Assembly: GCA_002269645.1 (NCBI GenBank)
Contig: NIVC01001236.1
Coordinates: 15,494 to 79,493 of the forward strand
Direction: 5' to 3'
Source of the DNA: Macrostomum lignano
Taxonomy: Eukaryota
DNA length: 64,000 nt
Position numbers and translations under genes: made by a program. The notes under the pieces are model-generated. The model made no database searches. It was not told where the DNA came from and saw only the letters and a program-made list of their open reading frames with translations. This document shows, piece by piece, positions 52,094-62,920 of this stretch. How positions within the stretch are numbered: the stretch's first letter is position 1; every line of letters starts with the position of its first letter.

Positions 52094-53085
52094 TCCAACG
52101 TCCTTGTCAGTTCAATGTCCTTGTCAGTCCAATGTCCTTGTCAGTCCAATGTCCTTGTCAGTCCAATGTCCTTGTCAGTCCAATGTCCTTGTCAGTCCAA
52201 TGTCCTTGTCAGTCCAATGTCCTTGTCAGTCCAACGTCCTTGTCAGTCCAACGTCCTTGTCAGTCCAATGTCCTTGTCAGTCCAATGTCCTTGTCAGTCC
52301 AATGTCCTTGTCAGTCCAATGTCCTTGTCAGTCCAATGTCCTTGTCAGTCCAATGTCCTTGTCAGTCCAATGTCCTTGTCAGTCCAATGTCCTTGTCAGT
52401 CCAATGTCCTTGTCAGTCCAATGTCCTTGTCAGTCCAATGTCCTTGTCAGTCCAATGTCCTTGTCAGTCCAATGTCCTTGTCAGTCCAATGTCCTTGTCA
52501 GTCCAATGTCCTTGTCAGTCCAATGTCCTTGTCAGTCCAATGTCCTTGTCAGTTTAATGTCCTTGTCAGTCCAATGTCCTTGTCAGTCCAATGTCCTTGT
52601 CAGTCCAATGTCCTTGTCAGTCCAATGTCCTTGTCAGTCCAATGTCCTTGTCAGTCCAATGTCCTTGTCAGTCCAATGTCCTTGTCAGTCCAATGTCCTT
52701 GTCAGTCCAACGTCCTTGTCAGTCCAATGTCCTTGTCAGTCCAATGTCCTTGTCAGTCCAATGTCCTTGTCAGTCCAATGTCCTTGTCAGTCCAATGTCC
52801 TTGTCAGTTTAATGTCCTTGTCAGTCCAATGTCCTTGTCAGTCCAATGTCCTTGTCAGTCCAATGTCCTTGTCAGTCCAATGTCCTTGTCAGTCCAATGT
52901 CCTTGTCAGTCCAATGTCCTTGTCAGTCCAATGTCCTTGTCAGTCCAATGTCCTTGTCAGTCCAATGTCCTTGTCAGTCCAATGTCCTTGTCAGTCCAAT
53001 GTCCTTGTCAGTCCAATGTCCTTGTCAGTCCAATGTCCTTGTCAGTCCAATGTCCTTGTCAGTCCAATGTCCTTGTCAGTCCAAT
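52094..53085. repeat. 17-bp minisatellite CTTGTCAGTCCAATGTC (~58 copies) in iGluR intron 2
   Basis: Near-perfect array. Confidence 0.98.
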
Positions 53086-53189
53086 ACTTTTGGGACTTAA
53101 GCGTCCTTGACACTATAAATGCTAGGAACTCAGAGCAAAAAGTCACCAAGGAACTCACAGACCTTCTCCAAACAACAAAAACTTTCCAG

Positions 53190-53680
53190 ACGCCCACCGG
53201 CTGTCGAGTTCGAACTTCCTCTTCGCTGTCGATGCAGAGGACAACACCGACAATATGGGCCGCAGTGCCTGGAGTCGGATGCTGCGATCGGCGGCGCCGC
53301 CTTCGCTCCGCTGGCACTCGTCAGTGGCTGCGCCGTCGCCGCCGATGCTGCAGCTGGCGCCCGGACTGGCGCTGGCAGCCGCGGCCACGCAGCTCGTCAC
53401 CTCGGCGTCGCTGATTGTCGGCGCGCCGTACCGGGTGCACGATCTGGCGCCGATCTTTCCCAACGGTGGCGGCGCCGGCAGCGGAGGCGGCGTCGACTGT
53501 CACCGACTGGACGTTGACGGAAGCAACGCCGCCGAGATTGTGAACCGCCTGCTGCACCCCTTCAGGCCAGACCGGCTGCTGCTGGTGGTGGCCGGGCGGC
53601 CGCTGCTGAACCGGCTGCTGCAGGCTGCTGCTGGCACCAGACTGCGGGAAACCCAGCAGCGATGGCTGCTGTTTGACACG
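53190..53680 (+). CDS. iGluR-like exon 3 (ATD)
   Basis: tttccag| phase 1 to ACG|gtagga phase 0. 491 nt open and GC-rich. Confidence 0.75.
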
Positions 53681-53721
53681 GTAGGATCAGCTCTGCTGCC
53701 ACCGCTAATGCAGTGACCGGC

Positions 53722-54010
53722 TTGATGAGTGAATGTAGTGATGAGTGAATGTAGTGATGAGTGAATGTAGTGATGAGTGAATGTAGTAATGAGTGAATGT
53801 AGTAATGAGTGAATGTAGTGATGACTGAACGCAGTGATGAGGGATGCGGTGATGAGTGAATGCAATGGTGAGTGAATGTAGGGATGAGCGAGCGCCTTGA
53901 TGAGTGAATGCAGTGATGAGTGAATGCAGTAATGAGTGAATGCAGCGATGAGTGAATATAGTGATATGTGAATGGAGTGATGAATGAATCAAGTGGATGA
54001 GTGAATTCAC
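53722..54010. repeat. 16-bp minisatellite GATGAGTGAATGTAGT in iGluR intron 3
   Basis: Perfect at the 5' end, decaying towards 3'. Confidence 0.9.
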
Positions 54011-55078
54011 TGATGACTGATGAAGAAGGACTGTCAGTGATCAGGGTGCTGCAATGAACTGACTGATACTCTGAATGAGGAGTTGGTGAGTTCCTAATCT
54101 CCGATTCCAAAATTACATTTAAATCAGTCAATAGTTCCCAAAAAGCAGCCGAGCCACAAAGAGCGCAGCTGGCTTGATGCGGCCGCGCAGTTGCCGACAG
54201 AAAGCCGGCCAAATGTTTTTCTTGCCACTGCAGCCCCAAGGAGGCGAAAATGACTCTCCAGCATCCACCTGTCAGGCCTCATCTGTCTTGGAGAGATTTG
54301 TTAGGGCAAAGTGTCATCAGATTTGAGGAGCCCGGCTGGCTGTTCAGGAGAGAAAAAAGCAGAAACAATTTTGTTTGTCTTCTTTTACTTAAAAAAAGAG
54401 GAAATCGAGGCTTTAATCAGCGCCGAGAAATCGGCTGTCATCCCCTGTCAGCCTGTTTACGATGAAGCTGGGAGACTGGATTGACGGACTCGCCGGCGTA
54501 GAAAAGCACAAAAAAATCGCAAAAAACGCGCAGGCAATGGAGGAGAGATTTTATCTGTTGGTAAATTTGTGCGTAAATAAAGTGTCTTCGCTTTCTGCTA
54601 TTCTGAAGAATCAAATTGCAGCGAGCGATTCAGGTTAGCTTTGGGGGACAACCGGGGCAGAAAGTGGCCAGAATTAACCATTCTTGGCATTTTGGGTTGA
54701 AGGCAGGCTTTTTCGAGATAAGAAACTTCAAGCTTTAACACTATCGTAATGATAGACAAAATGGTCGGCCTCTCAAGTTCCTACAATAAAATTAAGAAAG
54801 TGCGCGTTTTGTGAAAGTTCATTCACAGAATGATCGAGAAACAGCAAAATGCCGCTGAAGTCCGCACAAACTTTAGCATAGTGGGGGTTTTACCATAGAC
54901 AAAACTTGGTGCGGACAACCCCAACCCAGGCTCTTTCACAACCCTCAATTGTTGTTCAACAATACAAGTTCTGTCAGCGGAGGCATGACTTGCTATTTCA
55001 ATAAAATTTGCATTCGGGGTGCAGAAAAACTTGAAAGACTGTAGAGAAGTCTCATTGAACCACACACGAACCTCAAAG

Positions 55079-55279
55079 GGCTTAGCGGTGGGCAGCGAGC
55101 GGCGCAATGACACCGAGTCTTTGGTGTTTGCCAACGAGGCCGACAACGTTACTGCTATGGAGTTCGGACCTTTTACTGAGGAATTGGGCCGCAAACTGCC
55201 AACTACGGAGCACGTGATGCTGTACGACCTGCTCAGCGTGTGGATCGAGTTCGTCAGGCAGCTCGCCTGCGGCAATGGC
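55079..55279 (+). CDS. iGluR-like exon 4 (ATD)
   Basis: GLAVGSERR...HVMLYDLLSVWIEFVRQLACGNG|gtaaga. 201 nt, phase 0/0. Confidence 0.75.
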
Positions 55280-55344
55280 GTAAGACCATTTATTATCAAT
55301 TCAGCTGAGTCCGACAGTCTGGGAATGGAATTAAGATTAGAATT

Positions 55345-56715
55345 GGCTGGTCTGGAGAAAGGACGGAAGGAGAGGGGAGAGGGGCGAGAAGGAGGGAGAG
55401 AGGCGAGAAGAAGGGAGAGAGGCGAGAAGGAGGGAGAGAGGCGAGAAGAAGGGAGAGAGGTGAGAAGGAGAGAGAGAGGCGAGAAGGAGGGAGAGAGGCG
55501 AGAAGAAGGGAGAGGCGAAAAGGAGGGAGAGAGGCGAGAAGAAGGGAGAGGCGAGAAGAAGGGAGAGAGGCGAGAAGGAGGGAGAGAGGCGAGAATGAGG
55601 GAGAGAGGCGAGAAGGAGGGAGAGAGGCGAGAAGAGAGAGAGGCGAGAAGGAGAGAGAGAGGCGAGAAGAAGGGAGAGGCGAGAAGGAGGGAGAGAGGCG
55701 AGGAGGGAGAGGCGAGAAGGAGAGAGAGAGAGGCGAGAAGAAGGGAGAGGCGAGAAGGAGGGAGAGAGGCGAGGAGGGAGAGGCGAGAAGGAGAGAGAGA
55801 GGCGAGAAGGGAGAGAGGCGAGAAGGAGAGAGAGAGGCGAGAAGAAGGGAGAGAGGTGAGAAGGAGAGAGAGAGGCGAGAAGGAGGGAGAGAGGCGAGAA
55901 GAAGGGAGAGGCGAAAAGGAGGGAGAGAGGCGAGAAGAAGGGAGAGGCGAGAAGAAGGGAGAGAGGCGAGAAGGAGGGAGAGGCGAAAAGGAGGGAGAGA
56001 GGCGAGAAGAAGGGAGAGGCGAGAAGAAGGGAGAGAGGCGAGAAGGAGGGAGAGAGGCGAGAATGAGGGAGAGAGGCGAGAAGGAGGGAGAGAGGCGAGA
56101 AGAGAGAGAGAGGCGAGAAGGAGAGAGAGAGGCGAGAAGAAGGGAGAGGCGAGAAGGAGGGAGAGAGGCGAGGAGGGAGAGGCGAGAAGGAGAGAGAGAG
56201 GCGAGAAGAAGGGAGAGGCGAGAAGGAGGGAGAGAGGCGAGGAGGGAGAGGCGAGAAGGAGAGAGAGAGGCGAGAAGGGAGAGAGGCGAGAAGGAGAGAG
56301 AGAGGCGAGAAGAAGGGAGAGAGGTGAGAAGGAGAGAGAGAGGCGAGAAGGAGGGAGAGAGGCGAGAAGAAGGGAGAGGCGAAAAGGAGGGAGAGAGGCG
56401 AGAAGAAGGGAGAGGCGAGAAGGAGGGAGAGAGGCGAGGAGGGAGAGGCGAGAAGGAGAGAGAGAGGCGAGAAGAAGAGAGAGAGGCGAGAAGGAGGGAG
56501 AGAGGCGAGGAGGGAGAGGCGAGAAGGAGAGAGAGAGAGGCGAGAAGAAGGGAGAGGCGAGAAGGAGGGAGAGAGGCGAGGAGGGAGAGGCGAGAAGGAG
56601 AGAGAGAGGCGAGAAGAAGGGAGAGAGGTGAGAAGGAGAGAGAGAGGCGAGAAGGAGGGAGAGAGGCGAGAAGAAGGGAGAGGCGAGGAGGAGGGAGAGG
56701 CGAGAATGATGGGAA
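55345..56715. repeat. Purine-rich GAGGCGAGAAG-based minisatellite in iGluR intron 4
   Basis: Variable 17-23-bp units. Confidence 0.95.
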
Positions 56716-56877
56716 GAGAAAAAGCGAGGTCTGCGAGTACGTCTTTCCAAGAAAGCACAGCAATTCAGGCACGCATGTGCATTGGCTCATTTATTGTGAC
56801 TAAAGTGATTAAGGCAAGGTAGCCTGACTACTATTAGCAGTATGTGCATTTAAAGGCTCTATTAATGCCTTCCACAG

Positions 56878-57000
56878 ACGCTGCAGGAGAAAAATGTCAC
56901 CGGGCTGACGGGAACATTTCGCCTGCTCCCCGACGGTGCAGTCGTTCGTGACAACTGGCGCCTCGGCATCTACCGGAACTTGCCGCTGCGACCGGAGCTG
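56878..57000 (+). CDS. iGluR-like exon 5 (ATD end)
   Basis: TLQEKNVTGLTGTFRLLPDG..., carrying the GLTG motif of iGluR ATDs. ccacag| and |gtgagt. Confidence 0.85.
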
Positions 57001-57126
57001 GTGAGTCAGCTGCAACTAGGCGCTCTTTAGCAGCTCAAAGTGTACTAACAGTAGTAAAAGAAGCACATACAACTGCTTGATATATTGCTTTGTTCTGTCA
57101 TGAATTCTCTTTTGCCGCACGTACAG

Positions 57127-57246
57127 GTGGGTGAGTTTTCAACAGACGGTCGGTTCAGCCTGAGTCCGATGAGGCCGACCGACACTTCGCGAGAGGCCGT
57201 CCTGCAGCACTACAGACAGGCGCCGCTGAAAGTGCTTCTCGTGCTG
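57127..57246 (+). CDS. iGluR-like exon 6 (ATD-S1 linker), GC donor
   Basis: VGEFSTDG...APLKVLLVL|gcaagt. 120 nt, phase 0/0. Confidence 0.8.
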
Positions 57247-57274
57247 GCAAGTCTGGCTTAGAAGGGCAGGGGGG

Positions 57275-57460
57275 GCAAAAGGAGAGGAGAGGGCAGAGAG
57301 GCGAGGATTAGAGGGTGGAGAGAAGCGAGGAGAGGTCGGAGAGAAGCGAGGAGAGGATGGAGAACAGCGAGAAGGACAGGGTGGAAAGAAGCGAGAAGGA
57401 GAGGATGGAGAGAAGCGAGGAGAGGATGGGGAGAAGCGAGGATAGGATGGAGAGAAGCTG
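57275..57460. repeat. Purine-rich ~21-bp repeat in iGluR intron 6
   Basis: GGAGAGAAGCGAGGAGAGGAT-like units. Confidence 0.85.
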
Positions 57461-57648
57461 ATGGCGCAGCTCGAGATGTACACTGAAATAACATGAACTT
57501 CAACATGGCCATAGACAATTCGTTACCGGTAGTGCAAACAGTCAACACAGAAGTGAAAAGGAGAGAGCGGAGAGACTGCATCTCCTCATTGCACTACTTA
57601 TCGGAGTAATAAATTATTTTTTTTCTACATCTAACCAAAACACTACAG

Positions 57649-57768
57649 GACAACCCGTACGTCCGATTCAAGACGGGCATGGAAGACAAGACCGGTCAGG
57701 CGTTGGAGGATCGCCTGGAAGGATTTTCCTTCGAGTTGTGCATCCGGCTGCTCAGGCAGAACCTTGGG
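57649..57768 (+). CDS. iGluR-like exon 7 (S1)
   Basis: DNPYVRFK...LEGFSFELCIRLLRQNLG matches S1 (E.PYV...EGF..DL). |gtgagc donor. Confidence 0.88.
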
Positions 57769-57990
57769 GTGAGCGTTCCTATTTGGGGTGAATTTCCTCT
57801 AATAGCAGTTCATTGACGCCCCTGTCTATTGATGCCCACTAATGATGTCCTTTCCACTGACCTACCTGCTATCTAACACCTGTCAACTGAAACTTGTCAA
57901 AGGATTTCCAATATTTTAGAGGTCTTATTTACGTAATAGGTTCTCTAATTAGATTACATTCAGCCCGAAAAATTCCAATAAAACTGGCAG

Positions 57991-58395
57991 ATTACCAACT
58001 TGTCCTTGGAGCTGCTTCCCAACGCCACTGCAATCGACAATGACGCATGGGTGCGAGTTGCCGGCGCACTCGCCGACGGTCGCGCCGACATTGCCTGTTC
58101 AGCGATGACGCCGCCGTCGACGTCGCTTTCGCACCAGATGGCGAGCTGGCCGGCGACGTTAAGCCGCGCGTACATCCAGACAAACATGTCTGTGCTTTTC
58201 CGCGAGGTGCGCAGCGACCCCACCGAGTCCATGTTTCAGTTTGCCACTTCGATGCACCTGTACGTCTGGCTGGCAGGTCTCGGGAGCGCCGTTCTCCTCG
58301 CGCTGACCTTGACTGGTCTGTACCGGCGTCACAAGGACCGAAGCCGATTCCATGCTGTCTACACTGCCTATTCGGCTCTGGCGATGCTGTTCCAG
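57991..58395 (+). CDS. iGluR-like exon 8 (S1, M1, M2 pore loop)
   Basis: GRADIACSAM..., hydrophobic M1 VWLAGLGSAVLLALTLTGLY, pore loop YTAYSALAMLFQ. Confidence 0.88.
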
Positions 58396-58542
58396 GTTTG
58401 CTGGATGTTGTGAATGTGCATGCTCTATACTATTAATAAGATTAATCTTCTATGCTCTATGCTAATTATTAAGACCAATGCTCTATGCTCTATGTTATTA
58501 ATATTAATAAATGCATGCTCTGAATGAAGCAGAAGGATGAAA

Positions 58543-60567
58543 TCAGGAGCGCGAGGCAAAGGCGATCGGTCTGTCGATACCGTTGATTCGATGACTGATG
58601 ACAGCGCTTAAGCCGTATGGAGAAGCGTCGCACTCCAGCACTAGCGGCTGCCGCTCATCGAAATGTGCGAGCACTGGCACCCTGCTGAACAGCTCTTTGC
58701 ACTTACGGAAGGCAGCATCCCGGTTCAGTAGACGATGCAGTGGGGCCAGCTCGGTGGACAGGTTCGGCAGGAATTTGCCATAGTAGTTGACCAACCTCAG
58801 GAAGCTGCGGAGCTGAGTCTCGTCCTTGGGCGCTTGCGCATCCATGATGGCCCGCACCTTCTCTGACAGCGAAATGGGCGGCAACGCCTCCTCGCTATTT
58901 CCGGACGCACAAACACTCGAAACTGGAAACTCGCTGTTTCCGGAGCCCCCTGCAGCTAAGTCAAGTAAGTCAAGTTCTCTGACAGCGGGTGAAAGCTGGC
59001 AGCATCGATTCGATGTCCCAGATAGCTCACACTCTCTTGCATGAAGCTGCACTTGTTCAGTCCGCACTTCAGGCCACTCTGCTGCAGGCGCTGTAGAACC
59101 AACTCTAGTGAACGCAGGGGGCTCTCGTCGTCGCTCCCGGTGATGATGAGATCATCGATGAAACAGGTGACATGCGGAATGGCCTGCAGCAGGCTATCCA
59201 TGAGCCGCTGAAAAATTCCGACTGCAGGCGCCACGCCAAACGGAAGCCGGGTGTAGCGCAGCTGCCCTTTGGACGTGTTGATGGTGCAGATCTGTTGAGA
59301 GACCTCGTCCAGAGGCATCTGCAAATACGCCTGTGAGAGAGAGGTCGAGCTTCGTAAACTTCTGCCCTCCGGCCAGCTTAGCGAATCGCTCGTCAATCCG
59401 AGGCAGCGGATACTTTTCCGGTTCCACGTCGAGATTCACCGTCTGCTTGAAGTCGGCACAGATGCGAACGGATCCATCGGGCTTGAGCACCGGAACAATA
59501 AGCGATGCTTAGTCAGAGCTACTCACGGGCTTTAGCACACCTTGCTCAATCTCTTTGTCTAGCTGTGCCTCAACCTTGGCCTTCAGCGCGAAATGCACGT
59601 TGCGGGCCTTTAGAAAGCGAGGCCGGGCCCCGTCATTCAGTCGCAGCTACACTGGCCGCCCTGTATACTGGCCGAGTCCGGACTCGAACACACCGGAATA
59701 CTGCTTCAGCAGGTCGCGGATCATAGGATGCTCACCGCTCTGATGCGACTGCATCTGCTCGATCCCGCGCCAGTCCAGGGGCAGATCGGCCAGCCAGTCT
59801 CGCCCAATCAAATCTGAACCGGAGCCATCTACCACGAGCAGCGGCAGGACCTGTCTCCTCCATCTCCGACTCGACTTCGCGCACCGCCGCCTGGTTCTTG
59901 CGTCGACCACTGGATGCCTGGGACTTGCATGCAGCTGCCGTGTGCCCCTGCTTGGAGCAGTTGAAGCATTTCTTGCTCAAGAAGGGACACTTGGATACCA
60001 GATTCCGCTGTGAGAGACACCGGAAACAGCGTCTGGCAGTTGCCGACTGCTGAACGACGTGAACGGACTCTGGCTCGGTGCCCTTCATCACAAGTTGAGT
60101 GCCCTCGGCGGCCGTAGCAAGGGCCTGTGCTGTTGATGGTGCCTTTGCTAGCGTCAGTTCCTTTTCAGCAAGGAGTTTCCGCTGGATTCCGTCATCGTTG
60201 ATGCCCAGCACGAGCGTGTCCCTCAGCATTCCGTTCAGGTTGGTGAGATTGCAACCTTTGCCAAGCTGACGGCAATGGATTCACCAGACTGACGGTTTCG
60301 AGTGAAAAAGCGATGGCGCAGAACGATTTCTGGCGGCGTTGGGTCGAAGTGTTCCTTCAGTACTTTGCAGATGTCAGCATAAGACGTTCCAACTGAAGGC
60401 TGCAGAGCAACTGATATGTTTGTTTCCCACACATACTGAGCAACACTGCTCTCTTTTTCTCATCTGCAATGTCGTTGGCAACAAAAAAACTGTTCAATGC
60501 GCTCTTGGTATTGAATCCATGCCTCTGTCCCTTCTTTGAAGGGTCCGACAGAGCCAATTTGGTTCAT
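58543..60567 (-). mobile_element. Decayed Ty3/Gypsy LTR retrotransposon (Mag-like gag-pol remnant) in iGluR intron 8
   Basis: Gag from ATG 60567 (FFVAND..KKRAVLLS; RHRFFTRN; LRDTLVLGINDDGIQRKLL; CFRC and CFNCSKQGHTAAAC knuckle region). Protease tail LIGRDWL. RT ([26 protein letters not shown]). RNase H start (LECDASPYG, PIAFASRS). In-frame stops and frameshifts are present; no integrase or LTR pair recognised. Confidence 0.93.
58872..58974 (+). mobile_element. 103-bp insertion with 13-bp TSD, probable 5'-truncated non-LTR retroelement end
   Basis: TTCTCTGACAGCG repeated at 58859-58871 and 58975-58987. The insert ends in a TAAGTCAAGTAAGTCAAG simple-repeat tail. Confidence 0.7.
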
Positions 60568-60778
60568 TCCTCGACTCCCGAGTCGACTTAAGTCATTTAG
60601 CTAGCAGCCACAACACTGGATTTAAATATCATGTGACAAACATTGCTACGTGTTACTAACGTGTTACTTAAATGAATGGTACTAAAAACTAAAAACTTAA
60701 GCTATAGAATTCCTCTAACTCGAATGCAAAAGCTGGCTTTAAGTCACATTTATTCAATGCCGAATTAAACCTTATTAG

Positions 60779-61307
60779 GGCAGATGCCGGCAGCCGCAGC
60801 GACCCTCCGGCCGGTTTGCTGTGTCGGCCTTCCGCCTGACAGCGCTGCTGCTTCTTGTAGCCTTCGCGGCCAACTTAGCCGGCCAGCGATGCCTGAACAG
60901 AGTGCAGGTGCCCATCGGGGAACGCTGAGGAGCCTGCTGGACCAGACAACCCACAGGTTCGGCACTCTGGCCAATTCCAGCTATTCCGCCTATTTCAAAG
61001 AGTCGCCATTCCCTCAGTTGCGCATGGTCTATGAGCGAATGCAGCACCGCGGCGGCCTGTTCTCGAACGCCCAGATCGGCCGCGCCGCCATGGAGACCGG
61101 CGACTTTGCTCTGGTCTACGACGCCAAGCGGAACGCCTACTGGAGCCAGCTGACCTGCGACGCCCGGCTTGTTGTGTTCGATGGCATCCCAATCGAGCTG
61201 GGGCTGGCGCTGCCGACTGGATCTCGGCTGTTGCCGCTGATAAACGAGGAGCTGGCGGCTGCCATGGACAACAGAACTGACGACTGGCTAGACGAGTTGG
61301 AGCGTAG
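60779..61307 (+). CDS. iGluR-like exon 9 (M3, S2); 1-nt frameshift at 60917-60920
   Basis: Frame A: GRCRQPQRPSGRFAVSAFRLTALLLLVAFAANLAG (M3). Frame B: TLRSLLDQTTHRFGTLANSSYSAYFKES...FALVYDAKRNAYWSQLTCD...ELGLALPTGSRLLPLINEEL (S2). Confidence 0.85.
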
Positions 61308-62670
61308 GTGCGCTTGCTTTCACAAAAAAATTTTCTAACTAAAAATGTTAGTCAACTTTGAAGCATAGTCTAGCCGCAGAGTCGCATGCTTATACTAGAA
61401 CTCTTAACGCAGCCCCTGACCTGCATGACTAAGAAAAGTCAGTTTTGCGCATGTTTTACATTTTTCATCAACTCCGTTAAACTGCATGGGTAATTTAACC
61501 TACCTAATTTGGTGTGCTATTAATTTAGATGTTAATCTAACGAGTATACTCAGCAAAATTGAAATCCGTCCAACTCTCGCACACCGCTCCCCCCGCTTCA
61601 TTCCTCAACTCAAGTCTGCCGTGGCGTAGCTGAGTTAGCTAAGTCACTCGCAAAGATTGAGAGACTTTACCTGCCCTCTCAAAAGTGGTGATCATAGACG
61701 GAATCTTTTGTGATGGCGAATTTTCGATGTTGCTGAGTATATTTAATTAGGCAGTAACTGGGTAGTTCAATTGAAAAATATCTAGGTATCTGGTTAAACT
61801 GATTTAAAAGTATAAAAAGTAAAAAGTGTAAGAGTAAAATATCCCGAAATCTGAGTTCCCACACAGACCCCGCACTCTGCGATTATAGGCTCGTAGTCAG
61901 CAAAGCACAGCGGATGGTATCAGCAGCCGTCTATAGGCCAGAGAGTCACCTGCATCTTGTCTTGAGAACTAGAACAGTAGTGGCAATTGACCCCTATGTA
62001 GGAGTATATATAGCCTCGCTGGGTCCACAGATGATAATAAAACATTTGCAGAAGTGCTGTGAGTAGCATGACGCAACGCCTTCAGCGACATCGTCCCACA
62101 ACCAGCTCTGAGGCAATTCTGCTCATTCCTGAGCACAGACAAGCTCGCCAATGCTGTACGCAGGCACGCACTCACGCACACGCTCACACAGGGTGTACAG
62201 CGGTACTGACTTTCTAATCGTCAGACATGTACATTCTATGTACACACAGAATCGAACCAGAGGTCGTGGCACGAGAATTGGACGTGTTTAGCTCGTACCA
62301 CTGAGTAAATCAGCGAAAGGCCAAGGACCCAAGTTTTCAAACTCTGTCGGCATGGCAATGAGGCTTCTCCTTTGACATGATATGAAGAGTCTTTCATGCA
62401 AATATCCTTCCTAGGTTTTTTGCTACTACCCAAGTATTTATCAATAAATTAAATAACAAATATGACCAAAGCTACTTATTTACAAAAATTCTTGCCTGAT
62501 GAAGCAAGCATACATGTTTTGATTGTTTTAAAGCTATTGGGGTATTGTAGCTAGGTAAGCTTAGGGCAGGGTAATTTGGCATAGCAACAGGGTTAATCTA
62601 GGTTACCCAGCTCAAAATTTTACGAGCCGCTACGCCTCATTGCAAGGGACCACCATCGGGGCTCCCGCAG

Positions 62671-62920
62671 ATACTTTGAGGTGCCCGCCGGCGAGCGCCC
62701 GCTTTGCAGCGACGCCAGCAGCAGCAGCAGAATCGGCGCCTTCCTGTCCCACCTGGCGCCAGAGGAGCCGCCAAGCCTGGCGCCTCGGCCTGGCGCTCTG
62801 ACGCTACGCGACACTCTTGGGCTGTCGCTACTGAATCTGTTCAGCTGCGCGCTGGTGCTACTAGTGGCCGGGCTGGAGCACGGCTTCGACCGCTGCCGCA
62901 ACCGCTGGGCCGGAATCTAG
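62671..62920 (+). CDS. iGluR-like exon 10 (S2 end, M4, short C-tail)
   Basis: cccgcag|A phase 2. RPLC...LTLRDTLGLSLLNLFSCALVLLVAGLEHG...stop. Confidence 0.85.

Noticed and set aside
55280-56803. Glu/Arg-rich continuation of the 594-aa ORF
   Set aside because: Read-through of iGluR exon 4 past its gtaaga donor into a GA repeat.
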